Assembly: GCA_964016885.1 (NCBI GenBank)
Contig: OZ024741.1
Coordinates: forward strand, 65,596,001 to 65,660,000
DNA: 64,000 bases
Direction: 5' to 3'
From: Eledone cirrhosa
Lineage: Eukaryota
In this document: piece by piece, positions 14,279 to 29,334 of the stretch
Position numbering within the stretch: the stretch's first letter is position 1
Layout: every line of letters begins with the position of its first letter
The notes under the pieces: model-generated
What the model was told of the DNA's origin: nothing
The model's input: only the letters and a program-made list of their open reading frames with translations
Database searches by the model: none
Made by a program: the position numbers and the translations under genes

Positions 14279-14358
14279 TAGGGTGTCCCAAAAAATGAAT
14301 ATACACTTCAACAGCATTCTAATAAAAGTATGTATACATTTTTTTGGTACACCATCTA
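14279..14358. mobile_element. Tiny Tc1/mariner-type MITE; family also at 25669-25769, 26761-26858 and 60586-60664
   Basis: TIR (C)AGG(G/A)TGTCCCAAAAAATG ... CATTTTTTGGGACACCCTG, in TA contexts. Confidence 0.8.
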
Positions 14359-16505
14359 TATATATGGAGGAAGTATGTTTAGAAAGCAGCGAGCAAAGTC
14401 TGAAAATTGAACATGTGCTGATAACCAGCTTTTTCCATTCAGTGGGTTTATACGACCTGTTATTAGACTATTTTATTTAGTCAAATGTTACAGTGAAGCC
14501 TTTTATTTTTATTTCAATATTTATATATAATTTTTAGTCTTATCTTTTACGTTTTTATTTTTCATCTGTTTTAGGAGGGAGGAGTACTTCACTTCTGTAG
14601 TATAAGAGGGGTGGAGGTGAAAGGAATGGTGGTGGAGGTATAAGGGCTCACTTCTGTAGTATAAGTACCAATATTTGAAATTATGAACGGTAAAGTCAAC
14701 TTCAGTGAGATTTGAACCAGGGATGTCAGTAGATATAACTAAATACTTGTTTCTACTTTAGGCTCAAGGCCAGCAATTACCCAGTGCATTACTGGTACTT
14801 TATTTTATCGACCCCGTAAGGATGAAAGGCAAAGTCAACCTAAATACTGCAAGATATTTTGTCTAGTGTTGTGCTGTTGGTTTACTTTCAATAGACAAAT
14901 GGACAAAGAGAAGATATTGGCAAAGTGATAAGTTTTAGTTACATCCCTTTATTTTCATTAGATGCTTAATTGGTAGTCATTGGAGCATTGGATTAAAAAT
15001 GTGTCTGTATTTGTTCTAGCTCGCATTGCTTTGAGTTCAAATCCCACCAAAGCCAAATTTGTCTGATATCTTTTCATGGTTGATAAATAAAGCACTAGTT
15101 CAGTACTGGAATCAATTCTTTCTCACTTTTTTTTCTCTGGAAGATATCACCTGGGTTATGAGCTGGAGTGGGATGAGCTCAACCAAGTTTAAAATTACCA
15201 AAACATACTGTGTGTCAGGACAGAACCCTTTTGACTCCTTCAGGAGTTAAAGGCTTGCTACCATACCTTTATGTTGAATTCCCGGCAGAGGTCAATTTTA
15301 ATGTTCATCTATCCTGGGTCAACAAAATGAAATGAGAGGAAAAATAAAATGGACCTCTGTTGGTTTCAATGACAAGTGTTCTAATTGTTTGATCAACAGA
15401 ACAGCTTGATCATGAAGTTAACATACAAGTGACTCAACATTCCACAGACACAAGTACCCTTAATGTCATTCTCAGGGAGATTCAATGTGACAAGGCTTGT
15501 CTGATGAATTATGGGTACATTTATTTATCAATGTAAAGTACAAGTACATATTGAGCAGTATCTAAGAAAAACAAAACACTATTAGAGGGAACAGAAAAGG
15601 AAGAAAAAAATGAAACAGAAAGAAAAATGAAGCCATGAAAGAAAGGGAGAAGCAGTCACTACACCCCAATCTGAGTGGAGAATGGCCAGAGACACCTACT
15701 GCAACAGCCACTTGACCTCACGGTGCTCTCTCCTCATGTGGGCTGCCAGCATTCCAAGTGTTTTTGTAGGGTGGTATAATGTAAAAAAGGCCACAAATAT
15801 TCATATAGAATGTTTTGCAGAATTCATTCCGGTTCTCAACACTCTGAGTTCTAAAACGCCAAGGTCAACTTTGCCTTTCATCTTTTCAAGGTCAATAAAA
15901 AAAGTACTAGTCTAATACTAGAGATGATTCTTCCTCTACATCTCTTTCTCACTTCCTCTTTATCACTCTCTCCCTCTGGAAGAAACCAGCTGTGTTTAGA
16001 CCTGGAGAGGAGATAGACTCTACCAGGTTTTAAATGCCTAAGACATGCTGTATGTCACTATAGTGCCCTTATGACTCTATCAAGAGTCACAGGTCCATAC
16101 GAACATAATGTAATACAGTTGGTATGGGGTATCATACTGGTTTTTGTTAGTTATAACATGGATAAGATATGAAACAAGCAGTAGCATTCAAGAGATTAGT
16201 GGTTTCTATCCTATCACTGCTACTACACTGAATCAATAGTCAAAAAGACTTACATTTCAAGAATTAAATTCTCCAAGTTTCAAACAGGTTCTACAGGGTA
16301 GTATGGTTCACTATTGTAAGCAATATATACTGTTGTTATTGTTTAGTCCCAGGTCAATGCTGATAGCCATGCCTTTCTATAATTTGAAGAAGTGTATCTA
16401 AAACTAATTTATCCAGTGTGTTCTCTCCTTGCCTAAGACTATAGGGTGTTATTTGAGAAATCTTATTTCAATGGTATTTCTAGCAAACTCAATAACCACC
16501 TAGAG

Positions 16506-16704
16506 CAGAATTTCTCAACCGGCGTTCCCCAGAACCCTAGGGATCTGCAAAAGCTTACCCCTATGGGTTCTGTAAGAAACAGTGATAAATAAGCTAATGC
16601 ATTTGGATATTAATAATGGTATGTAATTATTTTTATGCTGGGGTTCCCTGGGATATGAAAATTATTTCAAGGGTTCCACAGGGTAAAAGGTTTGAGAAAT
16701 GCTG
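16506..16704. mobile_element. hAT (Charlie-like) MITE
   Basis: Ends cagaatttctcaacc / ggtttgagaaatgctg; 8-bp TSD acctagag / atctagag. Confidence 0.8.
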
Positions 16705-16909
16705 ATCTAGAGGCTCTCTATGTTAAATTGTTAGCAGCATTGTTTTTAAATGATAAATTCGATTCTGATAGCCATTGGAAAAATTGCCTGCAATAAACTG
16801 GCAGCATATCAATGTAGAAATTTGACTTACACCCACTTAATGTCTTAGAAAATTGAGATAAGTGGTTTGGGGAGGTTTCTGAAAAGAAGTAGTAATAATT
16901 ATTGTTATA

Positions 16910-17930
16910 ATGATTTCTACTTTAAGCAAAAGGTCAGTAATTTTAAGGGAGAGAAAAAGTCGGTTGAATCAACCCCAGTACTTGACTGGTACTTTATTTT
17001 ATCGACCCCCAAAAAATGAAAGTTAACTTCAGTAACATTTGAACTCAGGGCATATAAAGCTGGAACAAGTACGGCAATACAACTGTCAGATGCTAAAATA
17101 ATTCTGCCAATCTACCACCCTTATAGTAATATTTATAATGATTTTTGATTTAGGCACAAGGCCAACAATTTTGAGGGAAGAGAAAGTTGATTCAATCAAC
17201 CCCAGTGCATTACTGGTGCTTTTATTTTATTGACCCCATAAGCATGAAAGGTAAAACTAACCTTGGTGGGATTTGAACTCAACGTAAAGGGCCATAACTA
17301 TATACCGTAAAGCATGTTATAGTAAGAATAATAATTGTTTCTACTTTTGGGCACAAGGCCAGCAATTAACCAGTGCATTACTGGTACTTTATTTTATCAA
17401 CTCCGTAAGGATGAAAGGCAAAGTTAACCTCGGCGGGATTTGAACTCAGAATGGCAAGGGCCGTAACTCTATGCGTCAAAGCACGGCATCCGACCCTCTA
17501 CCGATACTGCTATGATTTTGATTTAGGCACAAGGCCAACAATTTTGGAGAAGGGAGGAAATTGATTAAATCATCCCCAGTGCATTACTGGTGCTTTATTT
17601 TTTCAACCCTGTAAGGATGAAAGTCAAAGTTAACCTCAGCAGGATTTGAATTCAATGTAAAGGGCCATAACTCTATGCTGAAAAGCATATTATCCAATGC
17701 TCTACCGATGCTGCCAATCCACCGCCCTAGTAATAATAATAATAATTGTTTCTACTTTAGGCACAAGGTCAACAATTACCCCAGTGCATTACAGATGCTT
17801 TATTTTATCGACCCCATAAGGACATAAGGCATAGCTAACCTCAGCAGGATTTGAACTCAGAATGTAAAGTGCTATAACTCTATGCTGCAAAGCATGGTGT
17901 CTGACGCTCTATCAATACTGCCAATCGATG
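16910..17930 (-). mobile_element. Tandem array of about 6 SINE family-1 copies
   Basis: Repeated ggcacaaggcca...ctggtactttattttatcgaccccgtaaggatgaaaggcaaagttaacctcggcgggatttgaactc. Confidence 0.9.
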
Positions 17931-18599
17931 ATGATCTCTAACATAAATTCAGAGCCATAATTTTGTCGGAGAGTGCTGTAGAATATATCATCACCAGTAC
18001 CTGACTAGTCCTTATTTTACAGAACTAGGAAGCATGAAATATAAAGCTGTCCTTGGTGTACTTGAAACTCGGATATGAACCATGTATATCCAGTTTAAAA
18101 TATGTACACAGTATCCCGACATGATGTAAGAAAAGACAAAACGTTTTGGTGTCAAGAAAGACATCAAAGTGTAAAACATTGCCTCAAAAGTCCCATCCAG
18201 CCTATGCCAGCATGGAAAATTCGATATAAAAATGATGATGATCACAATGATGATAATAAACTCAAGTTGACTATTTGGGAATTTGAACCCAGTTCACTCT
18301 GATGTGAGAACATGACATGAATAGGTACCAGAACATTTAGTAATGTTACCTGGAGGGATCAATGCTACAATTTTGTGGGGTGGTGATGAAGAAAGATATA
18401 TTGGTATTTACCAATTTCAATTCAATCCTGCTTTGTTGTTGTGTACATTTATGAGTGTTTTTGTTGTATTGGTGTTGTTGTTTATTCTCAGATCAACCCA
18501 GATGAAGTAGATCCGTGATCAAAGATGTTCCAACCTGTTTAACTTGTTAAACCTGTTTAATTAAATACCACTGGGTATTTTATCTGACACAGTTCTGTC

Positions 18600-19690
18600 A
18601 CCACAACCACCACCACCTACAACAGCACGGACGAACAGCACAAAGTTTTCAATACCAGCTGCCAAAAAAGGCTCAAACAGACAGACTGGAGAGGCACCCA
18701 ATCCCAGCACCTGGCATAACTACATCTTATCCCCCCGACACCCCTACCCAAAGACCCAGAACCTCCCCCATGGCTACCCCCCCCCCCCATACATGTAATC
18801 TACACCAATATCCCAAAACGCAAACCAACAACTGATGGCAGCCTTAGACACCATATCAACCTTCGCCCCGTCAGATCTTCAAATCTACACCGATGGGTCT
18901 ACAAAAGAAGGTACTACTGATGGCGGAGCTGGTATGGTCATCATGAAAGATGGTGAGGTCGTCCACGAGTGGCGTACAGCAACAGGCGCTAGAAGTAGCT
19001 CCTTTCACTCAGAAAAAGCTGCACTTAGAGAAGCCATCCACTGGTTACAAACCAATAATGCAAAATGGACTTCGGTGACCATCATCTGCGACTGTAAATC
19101 TCTAGTTCAAGGAATCGACAACTCTGCCCCCAAAGATCCCACTATAACAGAACTCCAGGCAGCAGTTAACAACCTCGGAGAAGACAAAAACCTAACTGTT
19201 GTATGGGTCCCTGGTCACTGTAATCTACAAGGGAATGAACTAGCAGACAAACTCACAAAGCAGGGCTCCTCACTTCCACAACCTAACACCCCTGCTGACC
19301 ATGCCACGAGACAAGCTCTCATCAAAAGGGAGTGTAGACCAGCACCCTTCACCCACGAGAGAACTATCCAAACCTTCAGCAAACCACCAGATGAGAGAGT
19401 CAAAACGCTATAGACAAAGCTGATCTCACCCACCTAATCCGCTTCAGAAGTGGGCACCATCCAGCACTTCGCAGGTGGCAGCTAGTGACTGACAGATGTG
19501 AAGACAGCACTTGCAGACTCTGCGGTGAAGAGAAGGAGGAGTCTGAACACCTCTGGCTATGATGCCCTGCATTGGCGATCGAGTGATACCATCACCAACT
19601 CGGCACATCCTTAGAGGAATTAGTCCGTCTCCCAGTTGCATCTCTAGCGCCTAAGGTGAATCAACACAACACACACCACCACCATCACCA
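18600..19690 (+). mobile_element. 5'-truncated LINE 3' end with RNase H and CCHC knuckle (I/Nimb/Tad1-like group)
   Basis: ORF 18835-19413 has IYTDGS, SEKAAL, ICDCKS, WVPGHCNLQGNELADKL. Past the stop it reads RFRSGHH...CRLCGEE..ESEHLWL*C. CAC/CAA-rich flanks. Confidence 0.85.
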
Positions 19691-19839
19691 ATAATAATAA
19701 TGTTTCTGATTTAGGCGCAAGGTCAAATAATAATAATAATCCCTCCCCCCTTTTGTAAGGTTTCTCTAACAATCCGTTGTTAGATGCAGTGTGTTAATTG
19801 GCCTCAGATCAATACCTGATCTCAGAAGCTCAATAATAA

Positions 19840-20450
19840 TGATTTCTAGTATAGGCACAAGGCCAGTAATTTGGAGGAGGGGAAAGTCGATTAAATCGGC
19901 CCCAGTAGATTACTGGTACTTTATTTTATCAATCCCGTAAGGATGAAAGGCAAAGTTGACCTCGTTGGGATTTGAACCCGGACCGTAAAGGGCCATAACT
20001 CTATGCTGCAAAGCATGGTGTCCGACACTCTACTGATACTGCCAATCCACCGCCCTACTACTAATAATAATAAATGTTTCTACTTTTGGCACAAGGCCAG
20101 CAATTACCCAGTGTATTACTGGTACTTTATTTTATCGACCCCGTAAGGATGAAAGGCAAAGTTAACCTCGGCGGGATTTGAACTCAGAATGGCAAGGGAT
20201 GTAACGCTATGCGTCAAAGCATGGCGTCCGACCCTCTACCGATAAATGGTTTCTTATATAGGCATAAGGCCAGCAATTTTAGGGGACGGGAAATCGATTA
20301 AATCGACCCCTGTGCGTGACTGGAACTTTATTTTATCAACCCTAAAAGGATGAGAGGCAAAGTTAACCTTGGCGGGATTTTAATTCAGAACGTAAAGGGC
20401 CGTAACTCACTGACACGAAGCATGTTGTCTGACACTCTACCAATACTAAT
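19840..20450 (-). mobile_element. Tandem array of 3 SINE family-1 copies
   Basis: Same consensus as 16910-17930. Confidence 0.9.
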
Positions 20451-20867
20451 AATTGTTATTTTTTTATTTTATTTATTATTGTTTGTTATTGTCCCAATGA
20501 AACTTAGAAATGTCAAGGCTACAAACTTGCTTAAATCATTGATTATCATGGATCGCTTTAGAGATATTCACAAATCTGGGAAAGAGGTCAGAGAGGTCAA
20601 TTCACTTGTTAAAATTGTAAAAGTGCATTGCAGTGAGACTAGAATGGTGTTTAGGGTATCAAAATGTGCAACTATAGTGATGAAGAGGGCTTCTTTTAAT
20701 GAGATAGTTTTATTAGGTGAATGAGTTTTTGAATCTGATGATAATAGGTACAAGTACATAGGTATGCTAAAACTTGATAAAATACATAAGATAATAAAGG
20801 AAAAAGTGAAAACACCATATTTTAAAAGATTAAATTTTGATTTAAATCCAAGCCTAATTCAAATAAT

Positions 20868-21105
20868 TTCTTCTTCACCCACTTATTCCTGAGGTCATGG
20901 GGGCAGAGTCTCAAACACTCCTTCCAGCAGGTCCTGTCAGAAGCAACTGTTTCCAACTGATCTGGCTGGATCCTCAAGCATGACTAACCAAGCTCATAGA
21001 TGCCACCCAACCAACTTGCTCCTGGGTGTCCTGCCGGTTGGTTTTGCCTGTAAAATCTGTCCAGCAATTCTTTCCCAAGACATTCTAACCACATGTCCAT
21101 AATAT
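20868..21105 (-). mobile_element. 3' fragment of another RTE-like LINE
   Basis: Minus strand reads YYGHVVRM...ILQAKPTGRTPR; (GAA)n-like tail. Confidence 0.55.
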
Positions 21106-21124
21106 TGTCATCCATTATAATGTA

Positions 21125-21310
21125 GGCGGTGGATTGGCAGTATCGGTAGAGGGTTGGACATGCTTTCCAGCATAGCTATGTCCCTTTACGATCTGAGTTC
21201 AAATCCCGCCGAGGTTAACTTTGCCTTTCATCCATACGGGGTCGATAAAATAAAGTACTGGTAATGTACTGGGTAATTGCTGGCTTTGTGCCAAAAGTAG
21301 AAACAATTAT
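21125..21310 (+). mobile_element. SINE family 1 copy
   Basis: ggcggtggattggcagtatcggtagaggg...gagttcaaatcccgccgagg...aaagtagaaacaatt. Confidence 0.9.
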
Positions 21311-21443
21311 AATGTTAAAATAATGAATTGGATAAAAGATGAAATAGATACATTAGACAGAAAATGAAAAAAAACCTTCATTATGGATAGTGTTTCATCC
21401 AAAAGTAAACATCAGTCATTTAAATATGAAAAGGAAGGCTTAA

Positions 21444-21652
21444 CCCTTTAGCATTTAAACCGGCCATATCCGGCCAGAATCCTCTCACCTTTTTCTGTTC
21501 AAACCAGCTGTAACCTGCTGCTCATACTGACGTTAAGGTGCTGTTCTCAAAATAAATAATATCAAAATCTCATAGATTCAATATGATGTGAGATAATTAT
21601 GTGAGATATTACCGTGAAAAAAGAACAGTATATATAGAGTAATGCTAAAGGG
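21444..21652. mobile_element. piggyBac-type MITE
   Basis: TTAA|ccctttagcatt ... aatgctaaaggg|TTAA. Confidence 0.85.
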
Positions 21653-23781
21653 TTAAGGGTGAGTAATTAATGAATCTATGTGAATAATAAGCAAACGTTA
21701 GTGAAGGATTTCTTTGTAAAAAAATGAAGAACTACTTAAACATGCTGTGATAGAATTAATACTTGCTGGCATTGAATTTGAAGACAAGGAAGGAAAACAT
21801 TCCTAGTGGCGGTAATCTATATGAGGACACACCCTGTATACTCTGTAAAGTGGTTGGTAATAGGAAGCGCATGCAAATCTTGTCAAACAAAGGATTGGAA
21901 GGACTCTTCAGCTGTGACAAAGACCTGACAACTGCCCTAGTGATGGTGCAATGATAAAATGCATGTGGTAGAGTACAGGATTGTATGTGGGCAAGATACT
22001 GTCTGTGTGATCAATAGCTTGGCGGGAGTACTAGTCCAGTCTGAGACAACCTATCCAACCCTTACTAGATGTTAAATGAGAATGATGATGATGATGAATG
22101 TATACCAAAGTATAACTTGTGAAAGAAAGGAACTGTTAGCTAGACAAATTGTAGTTAAATGGACATCTCCACAGAGATACCAAAAATATAAAATATCAGG
22201 AACCATAATGGGAGTGATTCCAGTCCAGATTAGAGATTTAAAGACAGAAGCAGAGAGTTTGTTGCTTGCTGTTCAAGATTAAGAGCTAAATAGTAATTCA
22301 GTGTAATCAACAGAATACAAGATCTCATTCACTTACCAAGTGGGATGGAATTCATCAAATCGGTCCAAGGAAACAATGTTTCACAAGTGAAGGCATGTGG
22401 CTTAGTGATTAGAGAATTGGATTCACCATTGCAAGCAGGGAAAGGTGGACGTAAAATGATGATGATGATGATGATTTGCAAGGTTGCGAGTTCAATTTCC
22501 TGACCGGATGATGCGTTATGTCCGTGAGTAAGACACTTTATTTCATGTTGCTCTTTCTACCAGGAGTTGTAACTGGTAGACAGTATCAGCAGTGGAAATA
22601 CCAATTGAAACATTGTTTCCTTGGTCCAATTTGCTCATGCTCTTTGTTTTGGCTCAGTTTCAGCTCCACCCTACTCTGTAAGCAAGTGAGGTCTATGATC
22701 TAGTTGATTGTTCTCAATTCAGTGAATAGAGACATTTATTGCTCTGCTTCAACAAATAAATGCTACTTATGTGAGAAGTGAATGGAGAATACTGACCATA
22801 TTGTAGCAAGTTGTAAAATGTTAGACCAGAAAAAATACAAGTGACAGAATGACATGGTTTGTCTCAATTTGTATTGGTCACTTTGTAAAACATTTTGATA
22901 TAACACTTCAAGTAAGTGATGCAATCATGTACTCTCAGTTCTTCAATAATGCCCCTCCCCCTGCTTATTAATTTTTCGACACCCCCCCCCCCCCCCCCCC
23001 GCACTTATTAAATTTTGCTAATCTATCTCCAGTGAAATTTTCTTGTAAGTGATTCATATCGATACAGCAGCTGGAAACTCTAATAATTATTTTATTTTAT
23101 ATTAAAAAAAACATTATATTTGACAAAAAAGAAAATTACAAGAAATCCCATATTTACGAACGTACACTATACAATTTATTCCAGCCCCTCTGCTTATAAG
23201 AATTAAAGCAAATGTCTAACCCCTCCACTTATTCCAACCTCCTTCCCCTGTTATTTGGGACCCAAGAATAACAGAAAAGACCTTTAGTGAAACCAATAAA
23301 CCAGATACTCTGAGACCTTAACATACAAACAGATGAGTAACTGAACATCATAGAATACATGTTATTATACATGACATCGATGGCAGTTGATTAGTAGTAT
23401 TGGTAAAGCATCTAACTACATGCTTTGCAGTATTTAGTTATGACCTTTTGAAGTCAAATTCTACTGTGGTTAATTTTGCCTTTCATCTTCACAAGGTCAA
23501 TAAAATAAAGTACTACATAAGTATGGAGGTCAATGTAATCAATTTTCTCCTTCATCCAAATTACTGGCCTTGTGCTAAATTATATTATAACATGACATGA
23601 AAAAAAGAATACCTCATAATTGATGTTGCAATTACTTCAAAGAGAAGCATTAGAGACAAAGATGTAGATAAGGTCCCCATAATATACTGAATTAGAAGTA
23701 GAAATATAAAAATGTGGATATACCATGCAACAAAAGTGAAAATCATACAAGTTACCTAGCATTAAGTGCAATCTTCCTTAA

Positions 23782-23989
23782 CCCTTCAGCATTTAAACCG
23801 GCCATATCTGGCCAGAATTCTCTCACCTCTTTCTGTTCAAACTGGCCATAACCAGCCACTCATACTGGTGTTAAGGTATTATTCTCAAAATAAATAATAT
23901 GAAAATCTCATAGATTTGATACCATGTGAGATAAAGCCTTTACTGTGAAAATACAATAGTAAATATAGAGTAAAGAAAATGCTAAAGGG
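23782..23989. mobile_element. piggyBac-type MITE, second copy
   Basis: TTAA|cccttcagcattt ... aaatgctaaaggg|TTAA; interior similar to 21444-21652. Confidence 0.85.
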
Positions 23990-25126
23990 TTAAACTATCA
24001 TGAGTACAGACATGCAAGTACTCCAAAATTTTGTCATCTTTGGAACAACGCATATTCTATCAAGGCCTTTGGTGCTCATGCAGTGAGGAGCAGATACAGA
24101 CACCTAAACTCTGCCTCCTTTGACCCACCAGGATATCTATAATGTGGCAGCAGGAAGGAGAGAGATTTGCGCCAACACTAGGTTGGTACTTTCTGTATCA
24201 AACCATCAGGATTATGGGTAAAGTGAATGTCAGTGAGATTTGAACTCAGAGACCCAGAACAAATATCCAATACTCTAATAACTCTTCCAAATTGACTGCC
24301 TTACCCATGAAATATATTTTTAAATGTCCAGAAAGCCCTCAAGAAATAGTGATGAAGATGCTGACAATTATGATAATGATGATGATGCTGGATAATGTGG
24401 TTTGAATTAAATTTGGCCTTAAACACAGGGGGTAATCATAGCTGGAATGACTTTGGTCATGGGTCTGCTCATTTGGGAGCTCGACAACAAAGAATAACAG
24501 GGTTATCAAAGAACAACAGGGTTATTGCTACCACTACTGACACCTACACTAAAATTCCAAAATTCCATAGTCAATACCATTTCTATTATTCACCCTCTAT
24601 CTATCCCATATAGCCAATATCTAAACCACAAATAAACCATATTGAAGATACTAAGCCACTCTAAACAGAGCACACCCATTATATATTAATAGACAAACAC
24701 ATAACATTGGTTGCCCCAATTCTGTCTTTCTATCTTCTTGTATGTTTTTCTTCTGTCTGTCTCTCTGCTGCTTTCTCAGTCTTTCTCTCTCTCTTCCACT
24801 GTCTTTTCATCTGTCTGTATTCCTATCTTTATTTTTTTCTTTTCCAGTCTTACTTTCTTTTTAATTCTTCCTCTTTATCACCTCTTGTCTTGCCTTATCT
24901 GTCTGTATTTCTCTCCCTTCTTCTTTATGTGTTTCTCTTTCCCCATCCACTCTTCAATTCTGCTGTTTCCTTCTTTCTTCAACATCTATCTTCCTTTCTT
25001 TACCCCTTTATTTCCTCTCTATTTACTTCTCTCTTTATACTTTTATAAGAAGGGTATCAGGCTGAAAAAACATTCTCAAAAACATCCTTTCTAACCCATG
25101 CCAGCATGGAAAAGTGGACATAAAAA

Positions 25127-25310
25127 TAATTGTTTCTACTTTTGGCACAAGTCCAGCAATTATCCCAGTGCATTACTGGTACTTTATTTTATCGATCCCG
25201 TAATGATGAAAGGCAAAGTTAACCTTGGAGGGATTTGTACTCAGACCGTAAAGGGACATAACTCTATGCTGCAAAGCATGACATCCAATCCTCTTCCGAT
25301 ACTGTCAATA
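25127..25310 (-). mobile_element. SINE family 1 copy
   Basis: Matches the family consensus on the minus strand. Confidence 0.85.
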
Positions 25311-25829
25311 ATGTTGATGATAATGATGTAACTGCTTCTATGTATGTACTCTATACAAGTGCATAAGTGAATGTCAGATACGAACTACTCCACCATCATC
25401 CAATCCAACTTTACAATATACCTTCTCCTTTAGTTATTGACTAACATGACCACCTTAATATTACTTTGAATGTCAACAATCCAGTGTTGTTTTCTTGGCC
25501 ATTTTGATAATGTTTGCTTAATACCACTTCATTATATTTGAAGGAAACCAATATAATTGGCTTCTTTATTTCATTCTCCTTCAATTTTATTCATAAATCC
25601 TCCAATTGTTCTATTGATTTTTTTTGTTTTGTAAATATATGTGTGTGTGTGTATATATATATATATATAAGGTGTCCCCCAAAAATGTATACATACTTTG
25701 ATTACCTGTACAGGCAATATTTATTAGAATGCTGTTAAAGTTTGTATCCATTTTTTGGGGACACCCTGTAATATATATATATATATATATATATCTGTAT
25801 GTATGTATTTTGGTAAATATCATCTTGGT

Positions 25830-26150
25830 TAAGAGAGTGGGACTGGATTTGTGCAGTGCCTTTGCTCACTATAAAAGCTTCACGGCACAGGCATTGCTTT
25901 GTATCTGGAGATTTCTCTGCACTTGTCGTCAGATGGTACCATGGGCCCAGCACTATGTGTCAATAATCGTCACAAGTGTAGTGTTTGTACCAGAGTTTTC
26001 AAGTCGCTGCTGGGCTAAAAAGTCACACTCATTCAGCGCATCGGTAGCGGTTCTCCTACATGGATATAAAGTAGTGGCCGTACTCGAAAACGAGTTGGCA
26101 GCCACCACCATGTATGTATGTATGTATGTATGTATGTATGTATGTATGTA
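25830..26150 (+). mobile_element. 3' end of a BovB-like RTE LINE
   Basis: C-terminal HKCSVCTRVFKS..GL/KSH zinc-finger remnant, terminal hairpin ctcgaaaacgag, (ATGT)n tail. Confidence 0.55.
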
Positions 26151-27734
26151 TATTTATATTTGGTGTTTCTATTCTCAGTTTAACATTTGGTGTGACAGGA
26201 CCTATAGAAAAATGCATATGTGTGTATATGTGTATATATGTATATGTATGTGTGGCTTTATCTCAACTTCTTTCTGCTTTTGCTTTTTTTCACGCATGGA
26301 TAAACACATAAACGCATGCATATTTATATACAAATATGTAACAACATATGCATTTGTCAATATTATCACCCTGATCATCATCAATATTATTCTAATGTCT
26401 CTTTTCCAAAGCTGTCATGGTAATAATAGATCTGCAATATTATGAATAGTCATCCATCTGTAAGGAATTGGAACTAACATATAGTTTCCATATTGCTGAA
26501 GGTTTATATTTGGATGTTTTTTGTTTTTGTTTTTTCTATCCACAACAAAGAGAAATCTACATATATGAACAAATAAAAAGGCACATTTATGCAAACAAGT
26601 ATATATTTATTCATCTATCTGTCTGTCTTTCTATCTATTATACCTGCATATATACTTCTATATACTTCTATATATATATATCATCATCATCATCATCGTT
26701 TAATGTCTATCTTCCATGCCAGCATGGGTTAGATGGGATATATATATACATATATATACACAGGATGTCCCAAAAAATGTATATACACTTTGATCACCTG
26801 TACAGGCAATATTTATTAGAATGCACAGACTTTGTGTTTACATTTTTTTGGACACCCTATATATATATATATTTTTCAATGTGGTCTACCTTTGGTGGTA
26901 GGGTCCATACCGTAAATAGAACTCAATGTAATCTGATGGGGAGTCTTCCGAAGAAGATGGTCTGATTGAACCTATATATGAAGTCTGATAGTATACAGTT
27001 ATATAACTGCTATAGATCAGTCAATATGATCAACCCTCCGAAACAATCGTAAAACAATGATATGGATAGGGAAAATAACTCAACTTTGTTGTTATTATTT
27101 TCATTGTTAAATTAATAGCTATAATATATATATATATACATATATATATAGTGGTAGGGGCATGTTACGGTAAAAAGCACCCAGTTCACACTATAATCAG
27201 TAGTGCTGGTGCCACAAAAAAGCACCTTGTCCACCTTGGAAGGTATATATGGATATATTTACAGGTATATATATAACTTCTCTATGTGATGTGCATGGAG
27301 GATGACCGCTGGCTAAAGAAGTGCCAAGAAAAGTAGAAGTGATGGGCAGAGGTGCTGAGAGCTGAGCCCAGATCGCTGAAGCTCACGGAGGAGAAGACGA
27401 ATGGAGAGATGGTGTGGTGAATAGAACCCGTCCCACCTTTGCAAGCAGGGAAAAGCTGACGTAAAATGATGATATATATATGGCTGTATTTACAGGTATA
27501 TCAACATCATCAGCATCATTTTACATCCGCTTTTCCCTGCTTGCAAGGGTGGGACAGGAACTGATTCTGGCTTGATTTCTACAGCTGGATGCCCTTCCTA
27601 ACACCAACCTCATTTACAGTGAGTGCTGGGTGCTTTTTTCCGTGGCACCTCCACGACCACTTTACAGTGGAATGATATGGACCCCAGTCCACTCATTTCA
27701 TTCTACAGCTGAGTAAACTGGAGCATGTGCCTCC

Positions 27735-27767
<33 letters not shown>

Positions 27768-27803
27768 ATATAATATATCTATATATATATATATGTATAT
27801 ATA

Positions 27804-27864
<61 letters not shown>

Positions 27865-27866
27865 TG

Positions 27867-29334
<1,468 letters not shown>

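Larger units (their letters stand above)
20520..24070 (+). pseudogene. Shattered R4/Dong-like (RLE) non-LTR retrotransposon interrupted by nested insertions
   Basis: Collinear remnants MVFRVSKCA (about 20645), YKYIG (20748), TEAESLLLAVQD (22244), KCYLCEK*MENTDHIVASC...VCLNLYWSLCK (22758-22889), IL*DLNIQTD (23305), IIDVAI (23616). Confidence 0.7.

Noticed and set aside
18835-19413. Possible host RNase H1 gene
   Set aside because: Followed by a LINE-type CCHC region with stops and a simple-repeat tail; retroelement-derived.
22779-22845. In-frame TGA codons as possible selenocysteine
   Set aside because: They are not at Cys positions and lie in a fragment with other stops and frameshifts; ordinary decay.
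24707-25094. Hydrophobic Phe/Leu/Ser ORFs resembling membrane proteins
   Set aside because: Pyrimidine-rich low-complexity DNA.
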